This document shows positions 1 through 8,881 of a stretch of 64,000 nucleotides of DNA, in pieces. The DNA is from an uncultured virus (IMG/VR IMGVR_UViG_3300035034_000734). Lineage: Duplodnaviria > Heunggongvirae > Uroviricota > Caudoviricetes. The stretch is taken from IMG/VR virus record IMGVR_UViG_3300035034_000734. The stretch is one strand, 5' to 3'. The notes below the pieces were generated by a model. That model ran no database searches, was not told the DNA's origin, and worked only from the letters and a program-made list of their open reading frames with translations. Position 1 is the first letter of the stretch; each line of letters opens with the position of its first letter. The translations under genes and the position numbers were made by a program.

Positions 1-165
1 TGGACCTTCGATCATTACGAAAACGAAGTCCCGCCTTTGTCGACCATGGATCTGATTAACATGTACCATGAGCGTTACGTTCCGTTCTGGTATCCCGACA
101 AAGATAAGTTGAAAATCAAACTTAAAGACAACGATGGTGAAAGCGATGGCGACAACAGCACGTGA
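1..165 (+). CDS. 3' end of a gene running in from outside the window; probably the UvsX/RecA-like recombinase (phiKZ gp152-like)
   Basis: Frame 1 reads WTFDHYENEVPPLSTMDLINMYHERYVPFWY...DNST then TGA at 163-165. The LSTMDL...Y.P.W tail resembles phiKZ-family RecA C-termini as recalled, and the position upstream of the gp149-like gene fits. Confidence 0.45.
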   Translation, partial: WTFDHYENEVPPLSTMDLINMYHERYVPFWYPDKDKLKIKLKDNDGESDGDNST

Positions 166-481
166 CCTTGCGAGTGAGATTTTTTCTCGACTGCAGTCAC
201 GTTCACCGAACCATGCTGAGCGCTGGAAGGCGCTCTTCATTAATCAACACCCGGGATGGACACACGGTCCTCTACCTGCGGTGAATGAACAAATTCGTGA
301 GATCAATGAATTCTGGCGGATGCAGTTAGGCATGCTTACCTCCGACACACTCCACGCTAGGAGTTGCATCATGGACAACCTCGACCCAGACGTGTGGCTC
401 AGAAACTTTGAACGGTACGTAATGAATGCCGTTTTGTTTGAACCCATTCCTACACAACGTTGGAACGCGGTTTGCGTGTAA
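134..481 (+). CDS. hypothetical protein
   Basis: 115-aa ORF overlapping both neighbours in an operon-like arrangement; alternative start at 146. Confidence 0.6.
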   Translation: MVKAMATTARDLASEIFSRLQSRSPNHAERWKALFINQHPGWTHGPLPAVNEQIREINEFWRMQLGMLTSDTLHARSCIMDNLDPDVWLRNFERYVMNAVLFEPIPTQRWNAVCV

Positions 482-888
482 TCGTGGCAGGCTCTCGAAC
501 AGTTATAGATTACACGACTGTTCGAGAGATGCTGCTCACCTTCATAAAAGACAATCCTGGGGTTAAGATCGCATGGATCTCAGGAAGAGCCAGTGAAGGA
601 CCAGACGACATGGTCTATCACTTTGCGAAATGGGATGTCCCAGGTACGCTGATTGAAATGCCTGCCGACTGGAACGAACACGGAAAGAGTGCTGGGTTCA
701 TTCGAAATGCAGAAATGGGAGATGAGGCTGACGGGTTGATCTTGGTGTGGGACGGCCGGTCAAACGGTTCCAGTCACATGCGAGATGTCATGCGGAAGCA
801 AGGTAAACCCATTCACACTCGAGTGATCAATGTCGAGGACCAAGCCGGTGGATTCGAGTTGTTTGATTTTACCCGGATAGCGACGTAG
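460..888 (+). CDS. SLOG-superfamily protein (YspA/DUF2493-like)
   Basis: Motifs RVIVAGSR, ISGRASEGPD, PADWNEHGKSAGFIRNAEM, LILVWDGRSNGSSHM. Confidence 0.85.
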   Translation: MERGLRVIVAGSRTVIDYTTVREMLLTFIKDNPGVKIAWISGRASEGPDDMVYHFAKWDVPGTLIEMPADWNEHGKSAGFIRNAEMGDEADGLILVWDGRSNGSSHMRDVMRKQGKPIHTRVINVEDQAGGFELFDFTRIAT

Positions 889-1058
889 ACCTTTCTGGTT
901 GGGATGTGAGTAACGGTACGAACTTCAGTTATATGTTCGAGGGCTCCGTAGACTTTAACCAAGATCTCTCAGGATGGGACGTAAGCTCGTCTATAGTTAG
1001 TGGCGATTTCGCGTTAGGGTCACCGATCAACGGTACATCAAAGATGCCGAACTTCTAG
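867..1058 (+). pseudogene. start-less remnant of a BspA/DUF285 (PARCEL) repeat protein
   Basis: Manual translation gives ...DLSGWDVSNGTNFSYMFEGSVDFNQDLSGWDVSS...MPNF*. In-frame TGA at 864-866 upstream and no start before the first repeat. Confidence 0.7.
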
Positions 1059-1149
1059 TTAGAATCTCGGGGGAGACCTACGGGTCTTCCCTTATTCCGT
1101 ATCGACCTGACAAATAGACTGAGACGTATACACATTCTTGGAGAGCATT

Positions 1150-1818
1150 ATGAACGCTGCGCGTAAAGAAGCAACCGACTATGCGGTCAAATTGCTCAGT
1201 AAGTTGGCTGGGAAGAACGATGCGGTGACTGAACTGGAGACGATGATCAACGCGTTGTCGGACAGTCAATTCGACGCTTACATGCAATCGCTGCTGTCTG
1301 GCGATGAAGTCATGCCGTACATCGTTCCTAACCTGGGCAAGATTCGACTGAGCGTAGAGAAGAACCTGAAGATTGCTGAAGAACTGAACCACGAGTTCTT
1401 TGAGCGGTTGTGGTTGAACGATCCGGCGACGGGGGAGACCTATCTGACCCCAGAGAAATATCTGATCATCGATCTTCCTTTGAAGCGGTTGCAGCAGCAC
1501 CTACACAAGAAGATTTCGATTCCCGATGGGGCTGACCGTACCGACGAACTGACGGGTGCCCCCACCGGCGATTCCAAAGGTAGTGGTGTATCCTTTCCTG
1601 AGTTGCAGATCTTGTATTCTCAGAACTTGGAGTCCACTATTCGCGAGTTGTTTAAATTTCGGGGCGGCGACGAAGAAGCGTACAAAGCGCTCAGTCGTGA
1701 GATTTTGTCAGGCGGCCTGCCAAGTATGAGTGCCGTCGATTCTGGCGAGACCCGAGCCAAGTCTACCGATACCCTTCAGGTCCTTTTGAAGTCGGCGCAC
1801 TTGGACAACAACTTGTAA
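1150..1818 (+). CDS. rpoB: virion RNA polymerase beta subunit, C-terminal fragment (phiKZ gp149-like)
   Basis: RLQQHLHKKISIP..DELTGAPTGDSKGSGVSFPELQIL..RELFKFRGGD parallels the RpoB C-terminal region (KLxHLVxDKxHAR..TQQPxGG..GEME..ExLTVKSDD). GGAGAG RBS precedes ATG 1150. Confidence 0.8.
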   Translation: MNAARKEATDYAVKLLSKLAGKNDAVTELETMINALSDSQFDAYMQSLLSGDEVMPYIVPNLGKIRLSVEKNLKIAEELNHEFFERLWLNDPATGETYLTPEKYLIIDLPLKRLQQHLHKKISIPDGADRTDELTGAPTGDSKGSGVSFPELQILYSQNLESTIRELFKFRGGDEEAYKALSREILSGGLPSMSAVDSGETRAKSTDTLQVLLKSAHLDNNL

Positions 1819-1842
1819 AAACAAGAGTACTAGGAGAGACCC

Positions 1843-2457
1843 GTGACCGAAGAAAAAATGCGACTGATCAACGATCGTCTGGATTACACCAAACACATCC
1901 AAATCACTGCGAAGAACCTGTTCCTCGACACACAGTTGATCAAGATACCAGTGGATCGAGGGTACAGCTTCATCATTCAGAACGAAGAGTTGGTTCAAAA
2001 GGTGATGAGTATTGTTGGGGACAGTGGTTTGCTGTACATGACCACTTGGGAGAATCTGGCGGAACTGTGGGCGTCGTTCCGGGAAATGGACGACTACGGC
2101 GTGGCGCAATGGATACTGCAAACCTCTACCTCGTTTCGAATTTTAGGGTTTGATAACCCAGAAGCGTACAGTTGGTGGGTAGATCAGTTAACGCATGGGT
2201 ATTGTTCGCATGTGGAGCCAACGTCTTACGATCAAATCTCTTCGAAAGATGCTGAAAAGTCCTTAGCGCTGGACGATGAATATAGTGATCGCCTACCGCG
2301 GTCGGTGGAATATAAGAACCTCTTGCACGCCAACCCGTGGTTTGTGTATCTGGTGACGCTTCAGTTGAGTTACCATGAGTTGTACAAAGAGATCGTCGCG
2401 TCTGAATATGAGTTGGATGGCATACGTCGGATCACGGGGGTTGAGAAGAATGAGTGA
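1843..2457 (+). CDS. hypothetical protein
   Basis: 204-aa ORF with AGGAGA RBS and GTG start. Confidence 0.7.
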   Translation: MTEEKMRLINDRLDYTKHIQITAKNLFLDTQLIKIPVDRGYSFIIQNEELVQKVMSIVGDSGLLYMTTWENLAELWASFREMDDYGVAQWILQTSTSFRILGFDNPEAYSWWVDQLTHGYCSHVEPTSYDQISSKDAEKSLALDDEYSDRLPRSVEYKNLLHANPWFVYLVTLQLSYHELYKEIVASEYELDGIRRITGVEKNE

Positions 2458-3172
2458 CATGAAGCGTAGGATCTACGTGGAGTTGGACAGTCTACTCGAC
2501 ACTCGCTTAGGGACTTTGATCTTACTCAACGAAGAAGAGGCTCAGAGGTCTTTAGAACTAGGGTACCATTACCGAAAGACCGACGACTGGTGTACCCTCG
2601 GTTTGGAAGTATCTCAAGCGGCGTACTTAGGGCGATACCTTAACCGTGACGAAGAGACTCTAAAAGCCTCGCGGTGTACGGGGCTCATTCCGATGATTCA
2701 TCGCATGACTCACAGTCTCGAGAAGATGGGGGGAAACACCCCATTTGTGTCTGAGATTACGGTGGACGTTAATTTCTGGCCGTACCGCATCAGTGAGGAA
2801 GTCAGGCTGGAGATCTTATCAGCAGTCTCGATCATGGTCAGTGGGTCGGTAAAGGTGGACTCGGTGTGGTTCTCCCCTGAGGAGATGTCCCCTGGGTTGA
2901 TCGATCGCTCTTGGGATGGTTTGTTGATGTACGACTTCAACAAGTGGTTGATGGTTAATCAGGAGAAGTTGATTGAGAAGCGTATCCCAACCATTCCTTT
3001 CATTTGTCCAGCGTTGTATTCTCATTCCGTCCCTGACCCAAAAGACACACGAGTTGAGGAGTTGGGTGAGGTTGATCCCTTTGCAGCTTTGGAAATGTTG
3101 TTGACTGAGTACTTGATGCTTCACATGGTGGAACCTAAGTTCTTCAGTCTCGTGGATCTGAATGCGAAATAA
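2450..3172 (+). CDS. conserved jumbo-phage hypothetical protein (degenerate HAD-like N-terminus)
   Basis: ATG 2450 overlaps the upstream gene end; IYVELDSLLDTRLG motif; followed by a terminator hairpin. Confidence 0.65.
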   Translation: MSDMKRRIYVELDSLLDTRLGTLILLNEEEAQRSLELGYHYRKTDDWCTLGLEVSQAAYLGRYLNRDEETLKASRCTGLIPMIHRMTHSLEKMGGNTPFVSEITVDVNFWPYRISEEVRLEILSAVSIMVSGSVKVDSVWFSPEEMSPGLIDRSWDGLLMYDFNKWLMVNQEKLIEKRIPTIPFICPALYSHSVPDPKDTRVEELGEVDPFAALEMLLTEYLMLHMVEPKFFSLVDLNAK

Positions 3173-3200
3173 AGGGGAGGGGCAATGCCCCTCCCCTATG
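3173..3200. terminator. bidirectional hairpin between convergent genes
   Basis: AGGGGAGGGGCA-A-TGCCCCTCCCCT inverted repeat followed by ATG. Confidence 0.75.
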
Positions 3201-3243
3201 CTCCATGCTGTAACGTCTTACATGGTACGGCGATCTTATAGCG

Positions 3244-3717
3244 TTACTTAGATTCCATCCTGTTCAAGAAATCTTTTGAGGATTCTTGACGCAGTCCGAT
3301 CTCCGTTTCACCGTCTTCCAGATCGACGTCAGGAATGTCGCGCACGTCCGGTTCTGGCAAATGATGACCCTCGTGTCCTGGATCAACCGCCAGCCCCCGA
3401 GGATTCATCTGGAACATCCGCTCCACTATTTCCTGAACCTTCTTACTGTTGGCCGAGTTCTCTTTATCAACGTCCAACTTCATGCGGTTGACAGAGGTTT
3501 GATCCATGTCCCGCAAGGCTTGAAGAAGTTGTCCGCGTTCGTCTTTGTCTTGAGGTATGCCGGTTTTGGTGATGCCTTTAACAAAGTTCTTTCGGATGCC
3601 CTGAGAGTATTTGAGCAGGCCCTCTGCACTCAGATCTTCATCTTCCGAGACAACGTCGGCTGGTCCCTCGTCTGGGTTTTTGGGAAGGTACTCCCCGTCG
3701 TGTGCGTCTTCAGTCAT
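3244..3717 (-). CDS. hypothetical acidic protein
   Basis: 157-aa ORF with GGAGGT RBS on the minus strand. Confidence 0.7.
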   Translation of the reverse strand: MTEDAHDGEYLPKNPDEGPADVVSEDEDLSAEGLLKYSQGIRKNFVKGITKTGIPQDKDERGQLLQALRDMDQTSVNRMKLDVDKENSANSKKVQEIVERMFQMNPRGLAVDPGHEGHHLPEPDVRDIPDVDLEDGETEIGLRQESSKDFLNRMESK

Positions 3718-3734
3718 GGGTGACCTCCAAATAG

Positions 3735-3758
3735 TTTCAAGAATATATCATCCTGGTA
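3735..3758 (+). promoter_or_regulatory. putative early (virion RNAP) promoter
   Basis: TTTCA-agaa-TATATCAT-cctg-GTA; matches the motif repeated in this window and resembles the phiKZ early TATATTAC core. Confidence 0.65.
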
Positions 3759-3792
3759 TAGATTCTGGGAATAGTCCAATGGATTAGAACTA

Positions 3793-4332
3793 ATGCTGAA
3801 AGAAATGTATTGTCGACATCGGTACAGGCGGCTGTTAGTTTTCGAGTTCGATCCGGTTGTCGGGTATCTTCAACTGTTTGAGCGCTATCACCGTTTGTGT
3901 CGTATTGTGTCATTTAATAAGGCAGACTACCGCACCAGAATACGGTATTCTGTCTCCACCAAGTGTGTGAATCTAGGAGGGCTGTTCGATCTACTACAAA
4001 CAACGAAACAACACATACACGCGGGATCGATCGATCTCGACGCCATCGACGTACGCCGAGCCAGCAGGGTCAAACGCCCATTAGACTCGTGGTTGGTCGA
4101 TGAAAACCAAGTACCGTATCGAGAAGACGAGGCCGCCGAGCAATTGGTAACAATGACTGACGTGATTGTCCATGAGCTACAGGCACTAAAAATAAAGAAC
4201 CCCGCCCGATACGCGTACTACAATCAGAACATGCAATTTGTCCTCTACGACGTGGTCGAGATCTTGGACGCTTTGCTTGCGATGCAGCTGTCTATACCCA
4301 GAGTGTTTGATGTCAAAAAACCGTTCGGGTAG
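3793..4332 (+). CDS. hypothetical protein
   Basis: 179-aa ORF downstream of the promoter motif. Confidence 0.65.
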   Translation: MLKEMYCRHRYRRLLVFEFDPVVGYLQLFERYHRLCRIVSFNKADYRTRIRYSVSTKCVNLGGLFDLLQTTKQHIHAGSIDLDAIDVRRASRVKRPLDSWLVDENQVPYREDEAAEQLVTMTDVIVHELQALKIKNPARYAYYNQNMQFVLYDVVEILDALLAMQLSIPRVFDVKKPFG

Positions 4333-4357
4333 GGACTTTAATCTTTAGGAGTTAGCG

Positions 4358-5050
4358 ATGTCGGAGGAGATTCACGAGATCCTCTCATTGGACGATCGTG
4401 GGATATCGACTGCCAGCGATGCACCCTCGAAACTGTTCAGAAGCATTCTGTTGGATTTACGGATCGACAGAATGACATGGGATCGTTTGATGCGCGATTT
4501 CTTAACCAACCCACGCAGTGGTGTTGACAATACCCCAACTAAGCGTTCCTCAGAGCGCAGCAACCTCAATAGAGCGTTAGCCAAAGACCGAGTGACGTGG
4601 CGACAATTCAGAAAAGCCCTTCAAGTTATAAACCCGAAGAGCGTTTCATATGAGCTGGAGCTGACTTGGAAAGAAAGTTACGTCTTTCCAAACGAACGTC
4701 CAACCACTCTAAAACACAAACCGATGGCCCGAGAAAACGAATTGGCTCAGATGTTTCGTATCCTTCTACGAGACTTAGGCGTCAGTCCTGAAATATGGCA
4801 ACGGTTAGTTGAACGGTATTTGGATACCTCTAATCGGAAACTTAAGGACAATCCCCCCGACAAGTCTACCGTGCGAGGTAACCTGCGTAAGTCGTTGATC
4901 GAGAAGTTGGAATATACTTGGCCGACGTTTAGTAAAGGTCTGGGTATCTTGGGAGTTCAAGAAGCAACTGTTACCCTTGTTCTTGAGTGGCCTAGAAAAA
5001 CAACCCGTCACACTCACCACTTTAAAACCGGAATTGGAACTAGAGAATGA
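4358..5050 (+). CDS. hypothetical protein with two tandem homologous domains
   Basis: AGGAG RBS; LFRSILLDL..TWDRLMRDFL..RSNLNRAL..TWRQFRKAL is repeated as MFRILLRDL..IWQRLVERYL..RGNLRKSL..TWPTFSKGL. Confidence 0.75.
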   Translation: MSEEIHEILSLDDRGISTASDAPSKLFRSILLDLRIDRMTWDRLMRDFLTNPRSGVDNTPTKRSSERSNLNRALAKDRVTWRQFRKALQVINPKSVSYELELTWKESYVFPNERPTTLKHKPMARENELAQMFRILLRDLGVSPEIWQRLVERYLDTSNRKLKDNPPDKSTVRGNLRKSLIEKLEYTWPTFSKGLGILGVQEATVTLVLEWPRKTTRHTHHFKTGIGTRE

Positions 5051-5505
5051 CTGAGATAGACCACATGCAGGATGGGGTTGGTCACATCAACGTGGCCCCC
5101 AACGGGAAGACCGAACTCGGTCGGCTTCTCTACATCGGCGCACTGAGACCGTTTGTTGATCCGCAGTATGGCTTCTTTGCCAGTATCGTGGCCTTCTGGG
5201 TCTGGTACGACAGCGGTCAGAACGATTCATTGCGAGAAATTCATCACGACAACATGATTCGATCCAGTTTCAGCGGCCTGCCAGATCTTCCAGGGAATCG
5301 GGCTGAAGTCATTGAAGTCCTTAAACGCAGTATCGATCAAGATCCTAAAGCTCTAGCGCTGCTGAAAAATTCCTCGCTGCCACTGGTCTGCTACGAGACC
5401 ATTAATTACGAAGGGCGCGCGCATCCTGTCAGTTACGAACTCACCGATCGCGAGTGGTACGTGAACGCACTTGAAACCATCCGTCAGGAGTTGCACTCAC
5501 TTTGA
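5047..5505 (+). CDS. conserved phage hypothetical protein
   Basis: 152-aa ORF coupled to the upstream gene by ATGA overlap; DGVGHINV..KTELGRLL motif. Confidence 0.7.
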   Translation: MTEIDHMQDGVGHINVAPNGKTELGRLLYIGALRPFVDPQYGFFASIVAFWVWYDSGQNDSLREIHHDNMIRSSFSGLPDLPGNRAEVIEVLKRSIDQDPKALALLKNSSLPLVCYETINYEGRAHPVSYELTDREWYVNALETIRQELHSL

Positions 5506-5584
5506 GGGTGTGGGAGAGGCTTCGGCCTCTCTTATGCCGTCGCTATTTTATGAGAACCATTATTTTTTGTCAACGAGGTGGGCT

Positions 5585-6820
5585 ATGATCCGGGTTAACA
5601 GTCAAGGGTCCCGTGCCCTAGGGACCGGTAAGAATGTGAACGGTACCGCCAGTACCTTCATGGCCGAAGGGCCAAAAGACGCGTTATCGGCCATAGACGC
5701 GTACGAAGGGTCACTGCCTAATGCGACACCTTCCGATTCTGTGGCGAGAGCTGCTGCTGAAGGCTCTGCAGTCGCATCAGAGGCAGTCGCAGGTACAAAC
5801 GGCAGCGGTAGCATAGCTTCGAGACTAACGGCCTCAGGAGGCACCTCAGAGCGTGTTACAGCAACCCTTTGGGAAGCGTTACTTTGCGGTAACGTTCGAC
5901 CAGACCCAGAAAACTCTGGATCGCAGAGAGCTCGCATGGGTCGAACCGCGATGTTCTTAAGATCCACCGGGTGTGGTGCTGAAGATCTGATCGGCCTTCT
6001 AGCGATCAAAGGCGGTCAAGCTGGTATTAACAATGAAGAGTTACAACGTCGTATGGATGGGGCGTTAAACGATTCTATTGCGGTGTTGGATGAAGAGGAG
6101 CGAGACAATCTCGTTGCCTTGTTGGCGGAAAGTACGGGGGCTGACGCCGGTCAGATTCGTGCAAGGGTAAATGGCAGTCAAGAGACAGTTGATGTCCCCG
6201 CGGAACGATCTAACGACGTGAGAGCGTTGTCTCAATTGGTTGGTCAGTACACCGACTCTCCAGAGTTGATCACGCTGTTTGATAAGGCGGCCGAGAGTGC
6301 GGTCATTGAGTCGTTGTTGGGTAAGTCAATTGACTTAGGGTTGCCTCAGGCGTTTGTGGCGATCATGGATAAGATTGACGACGACGAACTTAAAACCGCC
6401 AGCGGACTTAAGCGTTTAAGGCAAGCCGCGATCGTTAGCGATCTGCAAACCGTCCGGGCCATTGTTGATCAAGCGGGGGCGTCTCGTTCACTCGCAAAGG
6501 TTCCGGACTTAATCACCGTCATCACCGGATCGTATCGGTGGCCGGTAGCTACACGTACCAGCGACTACCCGGCGAAACGAGACGAATTGATTGCAACCTT
6601 GGAAGCGATCGATATCAATTGGGCGTTGAAGAAACGAAATGGCGTTTACGTAGACGACCTTGAACCGTTCAGCGTCGCTACCGATCAGGCGAAGACGTTG
6701 TTTAAAGAATCGTCTTACGCGGCACAAGCGATGATTGCAAAACCGTATTACGAGGTCGATTATCGAAACGTGACTCGCAAGTACCATCCGTACGCCATCG
6801 ATTTTTCTCAAACGGCATAA
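5585..6820 (+). CDS. hypothetical protein, probably virion/tail-associated
   Basis: Long ORF; GAGGTG RBS before ATG 5585; converges on the tape-measure operon. Confidence 0.6.
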   Translation: MIRVNSQGSRALGTGKNVNGTASTFMAEGPKDALSAIDAYEGSLPNATPSDSVARAAAEGSAVASEAVAGTNGSGSIASRLTASGGTSERVTATLWEALLCGNVRPDPENSGSQRARMGRTAMFLRSTGCGAEDLIGLLAIKGGQAGINNEELQRRMDGALNDSIAVLDEEERDNLVALLAESTGADAGQIRARVNGSQETVDVPAERSNDVRALSQLVGQYTDSPELITLFDKAAESAVIESLLGKSIDLGLPQAFVAIMDKIDDDELKTASGLKRLRQAAIVSDLQTVRAIVDQAGASRSLAKVPDLITVITGSYRWPVATRTSDYPAKRDELIATLEAIDINWALKKRNGVYVDDLEPFSVATDQAKTLFKESSYAAQAMIAKPYYEVDYRNVTRKYHPYAIDFSQTA

Positions 6821-6862
6821 GAGGGAGGGGCGCTGCCCCTTCCCCTTATTTTTTTTTGTCTT
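6813..6862. terminator. terminator hairpin of the GGCATAA...TTTTTTGTC family
   Basis: CGGCATAAGAGGGAGGGGC-GCT-GCCCCTTCCCCTTA followed by a T run and GTCTT, between convergent genes. Confidence 0.8.
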
Positions 6863-6864
6863 GA

Positions 6865-8829
6865 CTAATCGCGAGAGGTTTCTCGAGACAAGGCACTGAT
6901 TACTTGACCCGGCATGGTGTTCGCTGCCCACATACCCCACTTACCAGGGCTGGTCCACGAATTCCACTCCGCCATCTTCCGAGACAAGGACAATCTGAGC
7001 CTTGACCCCACGTACAACTGATCCGCCAGTGACAGACTACCTAAGACCGCTAGGTAATCGCTGTAAGCACTGTTCTCATCAAGAATACCCGGTGAGGCGT
7101 TCAGTGGCATGTGTAGAACACTCGACAAATCCAACACCGTAAACGTGATGTCAATACCCAGCGGTTCTTGGTTCTGAGTCCAACCTAGGTTACCCACCCC
7201 TCGCGTGATCTGCAAAGAATCGATGATGCCCAGTCGAACCTGCTGACGACCTTTGTCGTAGATCTCCACTAAGAACGGTGAGTCGTATGCGTGCTTACCC
7301 GCTGACTTAGGTAAGGCGCCTGCCAAGATCATGCTCATAGGCACGTAAAGGTTCATGAACCGAGACATCTTGTTGCCGTAAGGACTGCGCAAATTCATGG
7401 TGTAGGTGGATTTGGGAAGGTCCGCCGAAGAACTTTTCCACTCCTGAGGAATGTCTACAAACGCATTGCCCATGATTGCCCCGAGACCACTGATGCCAAC
7501 TGCATCACCAAACCCTCGGGCAACGTCCGTCGCAGAACTGACGATGCCACCAATCATTTTACCGATACCACCATCGGACAGATTGCCATCTGCAAAACTG
7601 AATCGAGCCGACCGAGCACTGGACGACGCTCCGTTCAACTTACCGGCAATGGCGCTCTCACCTGCTGAGTTAGAAAACGATTCGCCAACGTCCCCAGTGT
7701 GATTGACCCGGAAAGAAGCAAACTGCCCCCCGTCTCGAATCTCAGCAATGGTAAAATCCACAAAACTTGAGAACCAACCTTTACTTTCCTCCTTGGCGCC
7801 TTTCTCGTCAAAGAGGCCTTTTTCCATATTGGTGCCAGAGCCGGACGGGACTTCGGCTTGCTGTTGATTCTTCCAATGACTGAGGTAGGTTTGAATGCCT
7901 GGTTGCAAGACTTGATTGCGATCTGCAAAGGCAGAGCCAGGACGACTCACCGTTTCGTTGGTGTACTCAATCATCTGCTGCCGCAACTCCTCCGAGGTCT
8001 CGGCTTGAATGACCGCTTCGTTCACTCGCTCTTGTGCCCGGTCCGCTAAACGCTGCCCTCGGTTGGCCACAGCGTAGATGTCGATACCGCCTTCCTTGTT
8101 GAATATGTCGGGAAGGAGATTGTGATAGGCTCGGATTTCATCGGCGCTGTAAGCTGGACCGTCGTCCACGATCTTTCCGTCGTCGTAGATCTCAGATTCA
8201 TTAGAGCCGTTCTCTGGGCGTTTACCCGTCGCTGGCTTGTCTTTGGTAAAGACTCGAGGGATAATGCCCATGTTCACCGCAATGCCGTTGGCAATGGAAT
8301 TAACCGCGTTCCAGTATAATGGCATCGTGGGTTTCATGTAGTAGTACTTGCTCGACGGCTTGTTGGCCAAGTATCGGTAGATCCGACCGGCCATGATCAA
8401 CGGCATCAATGGTAACGTCACAACAAACCCAGCGGTACGACCTAAGTTGTAAAAGAATCCAGGAGACCGACCCGTGCGTGACAACATCGATGCACTGGTG
8501 TCGTAAAACCCTGTGAAAAACGTAGTGAGGGAATTGAACTGAGGTACCCCAAACCTAAGGTGAACGATCTGATTGTTGTCGTCGATCATCTCACTGTACT
8601 TACGGCCCATGCCTTTGGACTGTGCGTACTTACCCCGGACTTTCAAATCCGCAGTACTGGTAAATTGTGGTGGCGGGTTAATGGCAAAGTTGCCACCCAA
8701 CGTGGTGTCAGTATACTTTTGAGCGGCGCTGGTAAGGTTACTGCGCTGGGCTGCGAATATGTCAGCGGCATGAGTTGGAATCATGAAGCTGGTCTTGACC
8801 CACTGTTTGTCTTCTATCTTCTCTGCCAT
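6865..8829 (-). CDS. virion structural protein, tail/baseplate region (phiKZ gp182-like position)
   Basis: 654 aa directly downstream of the tape measure gene; motifs TTLGGNFAINPPPQF and LRSPYGN; AGGAG RBS. Confidence 0.65.
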   Translation of the reverse strand: MAEKIEDKQWVKTSFMIPTHAADIFAAQRSNLTSAAQKYTDTTLGGNFAINPPPQFTSTADLKVRGKYAQSKGMGRKYSEMIDDNNQIVHLRFGVPQFNSLTTFFTGFYDTSASMLSRTGRSPGFFYNLGRTAGFVVTLPLMPLIMAGRIYRYLANKPSSKYYYMKPTMPLYWNAVNSIANGIAVNMGIIPRVFTKDKPATGKRPENGSNESEIYDDGKIVDDGPAYSADEIRAYHNLLPDIFNKEGGIDIYAVANRGQRLADRAQERVNEAVIQAETSEELRQQMIEYTNETVSRPGSAFADRNQVLQPGIQTYLSHWKNQQQAEVPSGSGTNMEKGLFDEKGAKEESKGWFSSFVDFTIAEIRDGGQFASFRVNHTGDVGESFSNSAGESAIAGKLNGASSSARSARFSFADGNLSDGGIGKMIGGIVSSATDVARGFGDAVGISGLGAIMGNAFVDIPQEWKSSSADLPKSTYTMNLRSPYGNKMSRFMNLYVPMSMILAGALPKSAGKHAYDSPFLVEIYDKGRQQVRLGIIDSLQITRGVGNLGWTQNQEPLGIDITFTVLDLSSVLHMPLNASPGILDENSAYSDYLAVLGSLSLADQLYVGSRLRLSLSRKMAEWNSWTSPGKWGMWAANTMPGQVISALSRETSRD

Positions 8830-8881
8830 GGGTTACTCCTAATGGAAAAAAGGCTGTGGGCCCGAAGACCCACAGCTTCGC

